Assembly (NCBI GenBank): GCA_963798085.1
Contig: CAWCRS010000007.1
Location: 960,001 to 1,024,000, forward strand
DNA from: an uncultured Gemmatimonadales bacterium
GTDB lineage: Bacteria; Gemmatimonadota; Gemmatimonadetes; Longimicrobiales; RSA9
Length of the DNA stretch: 64,000 nt
Direction of reading: 5' to 3'
Made by a program: the position numbers and the translations under genes. The notes beneath the pieces are model-generated. The model did not search any database and was not told the origin of the DNA. It saw nothing but the letters and a program-made list of their open reading frames with translations. Of this stretch, positions 1 through 10,488 are shown one piece after another; the first letter of the stretch is position 1; each line of letters starts with the position of its first letter.

Positions 1-1
1 G

Positions 2-442
2 TTCCGCGACTTCGTGGATCAGGACAACCTGCCGATTTCGCAACGCACATCATTCACCATGACGCCACTCACGGGCGCGCTGCGACTGTATCTGCTGCCG
101 CGCGGCCACAGCGTGAGTCGTTTTGCCTGGATACCCGCGCGTTTCTCGCCGTACGTTGGCGCGGGCGGCGGCATGGTTCACTACACGTTCAAGCAGGTGG
201 GTTCGTTCGTCGATTTCCAGGATCTCTCGGTTTTCGATGAGACGCTGCGTTCTTCCGGCTGGACACCACTCGGCATGATAATGGCCGGTATGGACTTCAG
301 TGTGGGTCCGCGCGTCGTGCTGACGACGGACGCGCGCTACCAGTGGGCGTCGGCGAACCTGGATCAGCAATTCGTGAGCTTCGCGGATGGCATCGACCTG
401 AGCGGGCTCCAGCTTTCAATGGGCGTGCACTTCCGTCTCTAG
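2..442 (+). CDS. Outer-membrane beta-barrel protein, C-terminal part (5'-partial)
   Basis: Frame is open from base 2. Alternating amphipathic strands (PYVGAGGGMVHY, LGMIMAGMDF) and a terminal barrel strand LSMGVHFRL*. Confidence 0.7.
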   Translation, partial: FRDFVDQDNLPISQRTSFTMTPLTGALRLYLLPRGHSVSRFAWIPARFSPYVGAGGGMVHYTFKQVGSFVDFQDLSVFDETLRSSGWTPLGMIMAGMDFSVGPRVVLTTDARYQWASANLDQQFVSFADGIDLSGLQLSMGVHFRL

Positions 443-456
443 CAGGAACGGGAAAC

Positions 457-1728
457 ATGGGCAAGGCACGAAGCCACATACTGGCATCCATGACCGTCGC
501 GGTCGTGGCGCTGGTGCTGGCGCCCCGTCTGGCACAGGCGCAGAACACCGATTCGCGCTGGCTGCCATGGCTGGGCTGCTGGGAACCGACCAGCGGTGAG
601 GTAGCCGACAACGTAATGGTTTGCGTGCGGCCCGCGGCCTCGACCAACGGCGTCGACATTGTGACGCTGTCCAATGGTGAGACCGCGTCGACGCGCACGC
701 TCGTCGGCGATGGACAGCGGCACCAGCTGTCCGATGCGGGATGCACGGGCTGGCAGTCCGCTGATTTCTCCTCGGACGGTCGCCGCGCGTTCCTGCGCTC
801 GGACCTCACGTGCGAGGGCGGGGCGAGGCGCACGGCGTCGGCCGTCATGTCGATCACCGATTCCGGCGAATGGCTGGACGCCCAGTCGCTGGGCTCGGGC
901 AAGCAGCGCCTGCCGCGCGTGATGCACTACCGGCTGGCGCCGGAATCAGCGGCGCGCGAAGCGGGCTTCACTCTGCCGGCGGACCGCGCGGTTGCCGCGA
1001 GTGACGCACGCCTGATGGCAGGCGGTGATCTCACGCTGGCGGATGTGAAGGAAGCGGCCTCGCACGTCGATTCCGAGACGCTGCAGGCGTTCCTGATCGA
1101 GCGTAATCAGCCGTTTGATGTCAACGCGGCGCGTCTCGATGATCTGTCGCAGGCCGGCGTATCCTCCGACGTGATCAATGTGCTCGTGGCGCTGTCCTAT
1201 CCCGAGCACTTCCACATCGATCGCGATGCGATGCACAACGCCGTGCAGCCCGTCGAGCCGCAGCAGCGCGATCGGCGTGCCGATCGCTACGGCTACGACG
1301 CCTTCGGCTGGGGTTACGGTCGCAGTGGCTACGGCTGCTATGACGCGTGGTACTCGGGCTGGTCACCGTACTGCGGTTATGGCAATGGCTATGGCTACGG
1401 CTACGGTGGCGGCTTCGGTCTGGGCTACTACAATCCTTACTGGTACGGGTACGCGGGCAGTCCGATCATCATCGTCGGCAACAACGGCGACAACAGCGCG
1501 CCTTCGGGGCGCGCTGTGAACGGGCGGGGCTACACGCGCGGTGGCTCGGGCAGCAGCTCGGGTACCGCCCACGGCACGAGTTCGGGAGCGCGTCGGCCGG
1601 CATCGGCAGGCAGCAGCGGGTCCAGTGGCGGCGGAGGCAAGGCAGGCTCCGGTGGCTACACCCGCGGCTCGAGCGGGTCCGGCTCCTCCTCGGGTCGTAC
1701 GGCCAAGACCCGGGGTGGCGGTGGCTGA
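457..1728 (+). CDS. Secreted hypothetical protein with Gly/Tyr-rich and Gly/Ser-rich C-terminal low-complexity tail
   Basis: ATG at 457; signal peptide ending AQA; globular N-terminal part (WLPWLGCWEP); YGYG-rich segment followed by a GS-rich tail. Confidence 0.75.
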   Translation: MGKARSHILASMTVAVVALVLAPRLAQAQNTDSRWLPWLGCWEPTSGEVADNVMVCVRPAASTNGVDIVTLSNGETASTRTLVGDGQRHQLSDAGCTGWQSADFSSDGRRAFLRSDLTCEGGARRTASAVMSITDSGEWLDAQSLGSGKQRLPRVMHYRLAPESAAREAGFTLPADRAVAASDARLMAGGDLTLADVKEAASHVDSETLQAFLIERNQPFDVNAARLDDLSQAGVSSDVINVLVALSYPEHFHIDRDAMHNAVQPVEPQQRDRRADRYGYDAFGWGYGRSGYGCYDAWYSGWSPYCGYGNGYGYGYGGGFGLGYYNPYWYGYAGSPIIIVGNNGDNSAPSGRAVNGRGYTRGGSGSSSGTAHGTSSGARRPASAGSSGSSGGGGKAGSGGYTRGSSGSGSSSGRTAKTRGGGG

Positions 1729-1752
1729 TCAGCCGTCGCCATTCGAACCTGC

Positions 1753-1786
1753 GAGCGGCGCGGGAGACACGTCTCCCGCGCCGCTC
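1753..1786 (+). terminator. Perfect 16-bp hairpin, probable intrinsic terminator
   Basis: GAGCGGCGCGGGAGAC-AC-GTCTCCCGCGCCGCTC starts 25 nt after the 1728 stop; the T-tail (TGCATTT) is weak. Confidence 0.6.
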
Positions 1787-1889
1787 TGCATTTGGCAGCC
1801 GCGGCCATTGTGGTTGCGTTCGCACGTTCGACCGCCGATTGTCAGGCCGCGCTCGCGCCGCGAGCCTGCCTGCGCAACCCGGAAGCGAA

Positions 1890-3417
1890 ATGAACGCCAC
1901 CACCGTGAATGGCGATGTTCGCTGGGCAAAGGTCATCGATCACACGCGCTGCATTGGCTGCCACGCGTGCACGACGGCGTGCAAGTCGGAGAACGAAGTG
2001 CCGCTCACCGTGACGCGCACGTACGTCAAGTACGTGGACACCGGGGTGTTTCCCAACACCAGGCGCGCCTTCCAGGTCACGCGCTGCAACCAGTGTGACC
2101 AGGCGCCCTGCACGTTCGCCTGCCCCACATCGGCGATGTACCGGCGCGCCGACGGCATCGTCGACTTCGACAAGTCGATCTGCATTGGCTGCAAGGCGTG
2201 CATCGCGGCCTGCCCCTATGATGCCATCTTCATCAATCCGGACGATCACTCGGCGGAGAAGTGCAACTTCTGCGCGCATCGCCTGGACGTCGGGCTGGAA
2301 CCCGCGTGCGTAGTGGTGTGCCCGACGGAAGCGATTCTGATCGGCGATCTGAACAATGCATCGTCCAGGGTGGCGCAGATCGTGGGGCGGGATGTGGTGT
2401 CTGTGCGCCGGCCGGAAAAGGAGACGAAGCCCAAGCTCTTCTACAAGGGCGCGCACCAGGCCACGCTGGATCCGCTGGCCGCACGGCGTCCGCCTAACGG
2501 GTTGTTCATGTGGAGCGAGCAGGGGCGGCTGCCCGGCCAGGTGACGTCCGGGCATCCGGGCGCATGGAACAACTCGGCGGCCGCTGTACTGGCCTACGAT
2601 GTGCCTCGCCGCGCGCCCTGGGACTGGCGTGTGAGCCTGTATACATGGACCAAGGGCATTGCCACCGGCCTCTACATCGCGCCGCTGCTGCTGGCGCTGC
2701 TCGGCATCATTGCCTGGAGCGGTCCGCTCTGGCAGCTGGCTTCGCCTGTGGGTGGCGGCATCTTCCTCGCGCTGACCTGCGTCCTGCTGATCGCCGATCT
2801 CGAGCATCCCGGCCGTTTCCACTACCTCTTCCTGCGCCCGCAATGGCGCAGCTGGCTGGTGCGCGGCGGTCTGCTGATCGCGGGCTACGGGCTGGTGCTG
2901 CTCCTGCATTTCGTGGCAGCTGTCACGGGAAACGTGCGGCTGCCGCGCGCGCTCGCCTGGGTGGGGCTTCCTCTGGCCGTGCTGACAGCCGTGTACACAG
3001 CGTACCTGTTCGCGCAGGCGAAGGCGAGGGACCTGTGGCAGAATCCGCTGGCGCCGGTGCACCTGCTGGTGCAGTCGCTGCTGCTGGGCAGCGCGGCGCT
3101 GCTGCCGGTGGCCGGGCGCATCGAGCCCGCAGCGGGCGCATCACTCGCATGGCTGCTCGCGGGCAGCTGCACCGCGCATCTGCTCGATCGTCCTGACAGA
3201 GCATTCCCTGACACACACGACGGCGCACGCCCGCCTGGCGGCGTGGGAGATGACGCACGGTCGTTTCTCGCCTGTGTTCTGGACGGGCGTGGTGCTGGCC
3301 GCGGCGGGGTGTGCCGCGCCATGGCTGGGTTGGTGGCTGGCGCTGCCCGCCCTGGCGGGCGTGCTGCTGCACGAGCACGCGTACGTGCAGGCGGGTCAGG
3401 CCGTACCGCTCGCCTGA
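1890..3417 (+). CDS. Fused 4x[4Fe-4S] ferredoxin (DmsB/NrfC/PsrB-like) and NrfD/PsrC-family membrane anchor; +1 frameshift near 3185
   Basis: Four Cys groups (CIGCHACTTAC, CNQC..C...CP, CIGCKACIAACP, CNFC...CVVVCP). NrfD motifs W.W.V..Y, ADLEHPGRF, SWLVRG. After the shift the protein continues IVLTEHSL...HEHAYVQAGQAVPLA* ending at 3417. Confidence 0.85.
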
Positions 3418-3427
3418 CCCCGCTGCG

Positions 3428-4492
3428 TCAGCAGATGCGCGGCAACTGATCGCCGGGCAGCATGTCGACAATGCGCATCCCGCCAATGCCCGTGCGCAAT
3501 GCGACCATGCCCGGGTGCGCGGCAACCACGCGACCAATGGCGGCCGCGCTCTCGCCCAGCGGATGCGCGCGCAACGCTGCCAGTGCTTTTCCGGCTAGCG
3601 CCTTGTCCACGAACGCGACCAGCAATCCTTCGTTAGCCACGTAGAGCGGATCCAGCCCGAGCATCTCACAAGCGGCTGCCACCGGTCCGGGCACGGGCAT
3701 CTCACCATCGACCAGCTCCACGCCCACGTGCGCGGCCGCCGCGATTTCGTTCAACGCGCTCGCCATGCCGCCACGCGTCGGATCACGCAACGCGTGCACC
3801 CCATCGCCCACCGCATCACGCAGCGCGCAAACCAGCGGGTACAGACACGCCGTGTCGCTGGCGACGTCCACCTCGAAGCCCAGGCTGTCACGCGCCGACA
3901 TCACGGCAATGCCGTGCCGGCCAATGGGTCCGCTCACCAGCACGACATCCCCGACCCTCGCCAGTGTCGGAGCCGGCGCGAACGCGTCATCGACCATGCC
4001 AATGCCGGTGGTGTTGATGTAGAGGCCGTCGGCCTTGCCGCGCTCCACGACCTTGGTGTCGCCGGTCACGATGGACACGTTCGCCAGCGCCGCACTGTCT
4101 GCCATGGCGCGGATCACGCGATCGAGCAACGGCAGAGGCAGCCCTTCCTCCAGAATGAAGCCGGCGGAAAGATAGAGCGGCGTCGCCCCCATCATGGCCA
4201 GATCGTTGAGCGTCCCGTGCACGGCGAGGTGTCCGATATTGCCGCCCGGAAACTCCAGCGGACTGACGACGAAGCTGTCGGTGGACAGCGCAATGCGGCC
4301 GTTGTGAACGGGCAGTACGGCCGCGTCACCCAGTTGCGCAAGCATGGTGTTAGAAAAGGCCGGCAGGAAGCGCTCGCGCAGCAGTGCCGCGCTCATCTTG
4401 CCGCCGGAGCCGTGACCCAGCTGGACGCGCTCCGTATCCGTGAGTGGCGCCGGACAGACGGCACCGCTGACCGGCGCGGCAATCGTGCTCAT
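3428..4492 (-). CDS. hypE: Hydrogenase maturation protein HypE
   Basis: [34 protein letters not shown] and the C-terminal PRIC. Confidence 0.95.
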   Translation of the reverse strand: MSTIAAPVSGAVCPAPLTDTERVQLGHGSGGKMSAALLRERFLPAFSNTMLAQLGDAAVLPVHNGRIALSTDSFVVSPLEFPGGNIGHLAVHGTLNDLAMMGATPLYLSAGFILEEGLPLPLLDRVIRAMADSAALANVSIVTGDTKVVERGKADGLYINTTGIGMVDDAFAPAPTLARVGDVVLVSGPIGRHGIAVMSARDSLGFEVDVASDTACLYPLVCALRDAVGDGVHALRDPTRGGMASALNEIAAAAHVGVELVDGEMPVPGPVAAACEMLGLDPLYVANEGLLVAFVDKALAGKALAALRAHPLGESAAAIGRVVAAHPGMVALRTGIGGMRIVDMLPGDQLPRIC

Positions 4493-5605
4493 GAAGCAGC
4501 TCCCTGCGGTTCGCCGCTGCGAAAGCGGGCGAAGTTGTAGTAGGCGGCGCAGGCGCCCTCGGACGAGACCATGGGAGCGCCCAGCGGGTGCTCCGGTGTG
4601 CAGGTTTTGCCGAAGGCGGCGCACTCGAACGGCTTGATGCGGCCGCGCAGCACGTCGCCGGCGCGGCACTCCGTGGGCTCCGTGGCGCGGATGTCGTACA
4701 GGTCGAACTTGCGCTCCGCATCGTAGGCCGCGAACTCCTCGCGCAGCGCCAGCCCGCTGCGCGGGATCATGCCAATGCCCCGCCACTGCCGGTCGACCAG
4801 CTCGAACACACGCTCGATCAGCACCTGTGCCGGGCGATTGCCATCGCGGCGCACCGAGCGCACGTACTGGTTCTCCACTTCGTGCCGGCCCGCCTGCAGC
4901 TGCGTAATCGCCATCAGCATGCCTTCGAGAATGTCGATGGGCTCGAAGCCGGTGACGATGATCGGGCACCTTGTAACGCGCTGCCAGGGGCTCGTATTCG
5001 GTCCACCCCATCACGGTGCAGACGTGTCCGGCGGCGAGGAATCCCTGCACACGGTTATCCGCGGACTCGAGGATGGCTACCATGGCGGGGGGCACAGTGA
5101 CGTGCGAAACCAGTACGCTGAAATTGTCGACGCCCAGCTCGCGCGCCCGCCACACGGCCATGGCGTTGGCGGGCGCCGTCGTCTCGAAGCCGACGGCGAA
5201 GAACACCACTTCCCGGTCCGGGTTCTTCTGTGCCAGCTCGAGCGCATCCAGTGGCGAGTACACGATGCGCACCTGGCCGCCGCGTGCCCGGATCTGGAAG
5301 AGATCGCATTCGCTGCCCGGCACGCGCAGCATGTCACCGAAGGATGTGAAGATGACGTCCGGTCGCGCGGCGAGGTTGAGGGCGCGATCGATCTGCTCGA
5401 GGGGTGTGACGCACACGGGACAGCCGGGACCATGGATCATCTCGACCGAGCTCTCGAGCAGCTCATTGAGACCCTGGCGCACGATGGTGTGCGTCTGACC
5501 GCCGCACACTTCCATGAGCGTCCAGCGACGCTGCGCGGTTTCGCGGATGCGGTCGATGAGCGCTCTGGCCACGCCCGGGTCACGATACTCGCTCAGGTAT
5601 TTCAT
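4489..5605 (-). CDS. hypD: Hydrogenase maturation protein HypD; +1 frameshift near 4965
   Basis: [25 protein letters not shown]; second frame supplies IVTGFEP...[18 protein letters not shown]. Confidence 0.92.
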
Positions 5606-5916
5606 GCGACGCCTCCGGGTCGGGAATTCGATCCGTTCATGCCGGCCATGCTCTGGTCGGCGACTTCGCGCATCCAGTCCAGCTCTTCCAGCTGGCTCAT
5701 TTCCCTGAGCACTTCGAACGTTCGTTTCGCCTCCGCCTCATCCACCTTCGCGATGGCGAAGCCCACGTGCACGATGGCGTAATCGCCTACCGCGACTTCA
5801 CTGGCGACGTACGCGAGGCAGACTTCGCGCTTGACCCCACCGAAATCGACAGTACCGACGGTGAGGCCCTGATCGTCGCGAATGTCGATGATGCGGCCGG
5901 GAATGCCGAGGCACAT
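5602..5916 (-). CDS. hypC: Hydrogenase chaperone HypC
   Basis: N-terminal MCLGIPG and VHVGFAI. Confidence 0.95.
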   Translation of the reverse strand: MCLGIPGRIIDIRDDQGLTVGTVDFGGVKREVCLAYVASEVAVGDYAIVHVGFAIAKVDEAEAKRTFEVLREMSQLEELDWMREVADQSMAGMNGSNSRPGGVA

Positions 5917-5925
5917 GGTTCACCC

Positions 5926-8285
5926 TCACTGTTCGGACTGCAGAATGGCGGCCGCAATGGCCGCCTGACCGTAACTGATGGCGCCGTCGTTGGGGCTCAG
6001 CTCGCGGGGCAGTAGTACGCGTACGCTGGCGCGCTGGAGGCGGTCACGCAAGCCTGTCAGCAGCCGGGCATTCTGGAAGACGCCACCGCCCAGCGCCACG
6101 ATGCGGACATTGTGCTGCTCGCAGAATGCGCAGCGCGAGACTCGCGGCGGAGGCCGCAAGGCTCTCATGGAAGCGTGCGGCGAGCTGACCCACGTCGTCG
6201 CCTGCCATGAGGCGCTCGCCCAGCGCGGCCAGCAGGGGAAGCGGATCGAGCACTTCCACATCGTTCTGCACGGCGCAGGGGAAGGGCAGTGGCTGCGCAG
6301 TGCGATTGCCGGCGAGCGCTTCCAGCTCCATGGCTGCCTGGCCCTCGTACGCGGCGGTGAGCCGCACGCCGAGCACGGCCGCGGCCGCGTCGAACAGCCG
6401 GCCCATCGACGACACCAGCGGTGCGTTCATGCCGCGGGCGATCTGCATTTCGGCTGCCGCACGCTCGTTGGCGGGCACGCCGGTAAAGGCACGCACGAAC
6501 ATTGGTGCGGCCGTCGGCTCGAGCGACAGGTACCCCAGCGCCGCGCGCCACGGCCGGCGTGCACCCAGGTCGCCGCCCGGCAGCGGGGCATAGCGCAGCT
6601 GTCCCACCCGCCGGAAGCCGGTCAGGTCGGCCAGCAGTGTCTCGGCGCCCCAGACGCGCCCATCATCGCCGTAGCCGGTGCCATCGAAGGCCAGCCCGAC
6701 CACGCGCTCTCTAACGCCGTGTTCGGCCGCCACGGCGGCCACGTGGGCGTGATGATGCTGCACTTCAATGGTGCGCTCCAGCTCCAGCTCTTCCGCGAGA
6801 CGCGTGGACAGATAGCCCGGATGCCGGTCGCGTACCGCCACGCGTGGCTGAATGCGGAACAAGGTGCGGAAGCGCGCCAGCGACGCCTGGAAATGCTGCA
6901 TCGTCTCGAGGTTTTCCAGGTCGCCAATGTGCTGGCTGACGAAGGCGTACTCGCCGTCTGCCAGCGTAAAGGTGTTCTTCAGGTGCGGCCCCACGGCCAG
7001 CAGTGGTGTGGGCGTGGGCAGTGGCAGCATCAAGGGCAGCGGCGCGAAGCCGCGTGCTCGGCGCAGAAAAACCGTCGTGCCATCGGCCACGCGCACGACC
7101 GAGTCGTCGTAGCGCGCCACAATGTCGCGATCGTGCAGCAGCAGTGCATGGGCAATGTCGCCCAGGCGCTGCTCGGCTTCCTCATTGCCGGTCGCGATCG
7201 GCTCATCGCTCATGTTGCCGCTGGTCATGACCAGCGGGCGTCGCGCGTGATCGAGCAGCAGCAGGTGCAGCGGCGTATAGGCCAGGAAAACACCCACGCG
7301 GTCCAGGCCTGGCGAAATCGCAGCCGACAGCCCGTTTCCAGACCTTGCCTGCAGCAGCACAATGGGTCGCTCAGGCGAGGTGAGCCGTGTGCGCTCCGCG
7401 AGGGCGGCATGGCCCAGCTGCAGTGCCTCATCGAGCGAGGCCACCATCACGGCCAATGGCTTCGCTTCCCTCGCCTTGCGCCGCCGCAACAGACGCACCG
7501 CTGCATCGTTGGTCGCGTCCACTGCCAGGTGGAATCCGCCGAGTCCGCGGATGGCCACGATCTGGCCGCTCAACAGAAGTCGCGCCGCAGCGGCGATCGC
7601 CGCCTCGCTGTCCCGCGCCCCATCCGTGTCCGCCGGCGGGGCGCCGGGAACGCGCAGCCACACGCGTGGCCCGCACTGCGCACAGCTGTTCGTCTCCGAA
7701 TGGTAGCGGCGGTCGGACGGCGAATGGTACTCACGCAGGCATTCCGGACACTGGGCGAACACACGCATGCTGGTGCGCTCGCGGTCGTACGGCATCGACT
7801 CGATGACGGTGAAGCGCGGACCGCAGTCCGTGCACGTAATGAAGGGATAGCGGTAGCGGCGGTTCGCGGGATCGAGCAGCTCCCGGCGACACGCGTCGCA
7901 CAGCGCCACGTCCGGTGAAACGGGCAGACGACCTGTCGCTTCAGTTTCGCTGGCGACAATGCGGAATCCGTGTGCGACGCCGGCCGCTGCGGGGAGCGCA
8001 TCAATGCTTTCGAATGCGTGCCAGTGAAGGGGCATCTGCGCGCAGCTCTACCAGGAACTGGTGAACGGCGTCGGGCTCGCCCTCAATGTGAATGCGCACC
8101 TCGCCCGCTTCGTTGCGCACCCAGCCTGAAAGCGCGAGACGGTCGGCGAGGCGGTGCACGAACGGGCGGAAGCCAACGCCCTGCACGACACCACGCACGT
8201 GCAGCAGGAGCGCTTCACGGCCGGCGACGTGACGGTCCAGCCGGGACGGTATCGGCGAGCCGGAGGCGTCATCGTCGTCCGCCAT
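5926..8285 (-). CDS. hypF: Carbamoyltransferase HypF; frameshifts near 8012 and 6124
   Basis: Acylphosphatase domain (GVVQGVGFRPFV), two zinc fingers (CDAC..CTDC, CPEC..CAQC), YrdC-like GLGGFHL, QHHHAH, DGTGYG, GGVFQN, NDGAISYGQ. An alternative GTG start exists at 8300. Confidence 0.92.
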
Positions 8286-8301
8286 CAGCGCATGCGTCAC
8301 C

Positions 8302-9009
8302 TCACGGCACCGGCGCGGGCGAGCGCATGGCGGCGGCTGCACGCGCGCTCTGAGCGTCACGTACGTGCTCGCGCAGGAATGCGTACCACTCGTCCATGCC
8401 CTGTCCGGTGAGGGCCGAGACAAAAAAGAAGCGCAGCCACGGATTCACCTTGCGTGCGATCTGCACGGCGCGGTCCACATCGAACGGGACGTAGGGTAGC
8501 AGATCCTGCTTGCTGATCACGACGAATTCCGCGCGCTCGAACATGCGCGGATATTTTTCCGGTTTGTCTTCGCCTTCGGTCACCGAGAAGATCACGATCT
8601 TGCTGGCCTCGCCCAGGTCCCAGGCGGCCGGACACACGAGGTTGCCGACGTTCTCGATGAAGAGCAGGTCCGTGCTCGACAGATCGATCTGCTCGATCGC
8701 GTCGAGCACCTGGCGTGCGTCGAGGTGACAGGCGCCCCCCGTGACCACGGCCTGCACGAGCCGCTCCGTGTGGCGTGCCAGTCGATCGGCATCGTTCTGT
8801 GTCTGCACATCACCGGTCACGACGGCGATCGACAGGTCGGAGCACGCATCCAGCGTGCGCTCCAGCAGGAACGTCTTACCCGCGCCCGGCGAGGAGACGA
8901 GGTTGAATGCGGGAACCAGGTTGTGGCCGAGCCGGCTGCGGACTTCGGCGGCCAGCTCATCATTCTTGGCCATGACGCGCTCGCGCACGTCGATTCTACG
9001 GACTGCCAT
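8302..9009 (-). CDS. hypB: Hydrogenase nickel incorporation GTPase HypB (short form)
   Basis: SSPGAGKT, ACHLDA, ENVGNLVCP, EGEDKP.KYP. No N-terminal Cys/His-rich extension. Confidence 0.95.
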   Translation of the reverse strand: MAVRRIDVRERVMAKNDELAAEVRSRLGHNLVPAFNLVSSPGAGKTFLLERTLDACSDLSIAVVTGDVQTQNDADRLARHTERLVQAVVTGGACHLDARQVLDAIEQIDLSSTDLLFIENVGNLVCPAAWDLGEASKIVIFSVTEGEDKPEKYPRMFERAEFVVISKQDLLPYVPFDVDRAVQIARKVNPWLRFFFVSALTGQGMDEWYAFLREHVRDAQSARAAAAMRSPAPVP

Positions 9010-9250
9010 CATCCACCTCGACCCAGGTGACGCGCAGGTCGTCACCCGGCAGCTGCTCAATGATCGGCCTGGCCTTGCCGAACGGGGGCGAGGCCAGCAG
9101 CGCCTCGAGACAGAATGCGAAGTTATCCAGCTCGATGCCGGAGCGCTCGCCCACTTCCAGGCCCACCGCGGTTACCTGTTCCAGACGATCCTGACCCACC
9201 GTCTCCTCGGCAATGCGACAGACGTCGAGGGCCAGGCTCATCTCATGCAC
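8996..9250 (-). CDS. hypA: Nickel metallochaperone HypA lacking the zinc-finger subdomain
   Basis: GTG start gives MHEMSLA; VG..SG and C-terminal G.DL.V..VEV are present; position between the protease and hypB; no CxxC. Confidence 0.85.
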   Translation of the reverse strand: MHEMSLALDVCRIAEETVGQDRLEQVTAVGLEVGERSGIELDNFAFCLEALLASPPFGKARPIIEQLPGDDLRVTWVEVDDGSP

Positions 9251-9749
9251 GCAGTACCTCGGCAACAGGCGAAGCTTCGTGGCCCCACGCGCGCAGGCGC
9301 ACGAGTGCGCGCTGCACGAGCGATTCGATGGCGGACGCCACAGCCGGACTCAGCTCGGTGGACATGTCGAGCTTTCCCGGCTGCAGTCCGATCACCACGG
9401 TGTCATCCGGCAGCGTGCCGCGCAACTCGCAGAGGGCCAGCACCTCACGCAGATCGATCTGGTGCGGCGACAGCTTGAGGGAAAGGAAGCGGGGCAGTTC
9501 GGCGCGCTCCAGCTCGAGGAGTGTGCCCGGCTCGCGGCCGGCGTGCACGGCGTCGAGGATCAGCAGTCGATCGGTGTCATCGATGAGTGGCAGCAGATTC
9601 ATGCCCCAGGTGCCGCCATCCACCAGGTCGACGGCATCATCGAAGCGCCAGCCTTCCCGCAGCCGCTCGAGGGCGGCAATGCCAATGCCATCGTCGCCCA
9701 CGATCGGATTGCCCGCGCCGAGCACCAGTGTGCGCTGCACCTCAGGCAT
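9243..9749 (-). CDS. hyaD: Hydrogenase maturation endopeptidase (HyaD/HupD family)
   Basis: LVLGAGN...GDDGIG, VDGGT.G, ILDAV, SPHQ. Confidence 0.92.
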   Translation of the reverse strand: MPEVQRTLVLGAGNPIVGDDGIGIAALERLREGWRFDDAVDLVDGGTWGMNLLPLIDDTDRLLILDAVHAGREPGTLLELERAELPRFLSLKLSPHQIDLREVLALCELRGTLPDDTVVIGLQPGKLDMSTELSPAVASAIESLVQRALVRLRAWGHEASPVAEVLRA

Positions 9750-10488
9750 CCTCGAAGTGCGCGTGCTCGGGAATGTAGCGGCCACCACTGAAGATGGCGC
9801 CGATATTGCCCTCGCGCTCGAGAATCGTCGAGCGCACCGCCAGGTAGACGTGTATGGGCACGAAGATGGCCCAGGTCCAGAGCAGCACGTGGTGCAGCAG
9901 GCGAACCAGCTGCCAGCCGCCCAGCAGCGGTCCCATCCAGCCGAGCGCGTGGAAGAAAACGCCGTTGGGGTTGCTCAGGCCATACAGCGCAAAGCCCGTC
10001 ACCGCCTGAATGAACGCCACCGTATACATGCCCGTGTAGCTGAACTGCTGCAGCGGATTGTGGCCCAGGTAGTGGGGTGCGCGTTCCGGCCTGATGGTCA
10101 CGTACGCCATGCCCTGCTTGAACAGATTCTTCCAGTCCTTCACCTGCACCGGGAACAGCGCCCTCCACGACTCGAACTTGTTCCCGAAGAACAGCCAGTA
10201 TACACGCCAGATGGAGACGGCCACGAGCAGCGCCGCCGCCAGGAAGTGAATGAACCGCATCCAGCCCATGAAGAAGGGCGAGATCTGCGGGTCTCCCATG
10301 GAAAAGAACGGTCGCCCAATGTAATACCCTGTCAGGCAGAGGACCACGATGCAGATCGCCGCCACCCAGTGACCAATGCGCAGCGGTACGCCCCACAGAT
10401 AGATCCAGCGGTAATTGCCCTCCTCCGGGTGTGGCTTGCGATCCAGCGCCCGGGGCGGCGCCGAGGCCGGCATGGGCGCGGTGCTCAT
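9742..10488 (-). CDS. hyaC: [NiFe]-hydrogenase b-type cytochrome subunit
   Basis: W...LRIGHW, RFIHF, GHNPLQ, LLHH...IHVY haem-ligating histidines in four TM helices. Confidence 0.92.
   Translation of the reverse strand: MSTAPMPASAPPRALDRKPHPEEGNYRWIYLWGVPLRIGHWVAAICIVVLCLTGYYIGRPFFSMGDPQISPFFMGWMRFIHFLAAALLVAVSIWRVYWLFFGNKFESWRALFPVQVKDWKNLFKQGMAYVTIRPERAPHYLGHNPLQQFSYTGMYTVAFIQAVTGFALYGLSNPNGVFFHALGWMGPLLGGWQLVRLLHHVLLWTWAIFVPIHVYLAVRSTILEREGNIGAIFSGGRYIPEHAHFEDA

Noticed and set aside
1347..1889. N-terminal extension of the 700-aa ORF 1347..3449
   Set aside because: It overlaps the upstream gene out of frame and crosses a terminator-like hairpin. The recognisable protein starts at ATG 1890.
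3428..5605. Apparent 725-aa HypD-HypE fusion in the ORF track
   Set aside because: A +1 frameshift near 4965 moves HypD into the HypE frame. The true HypD C-terminus is in another frame ending at 4489, and the intervening translation is not protein-like.
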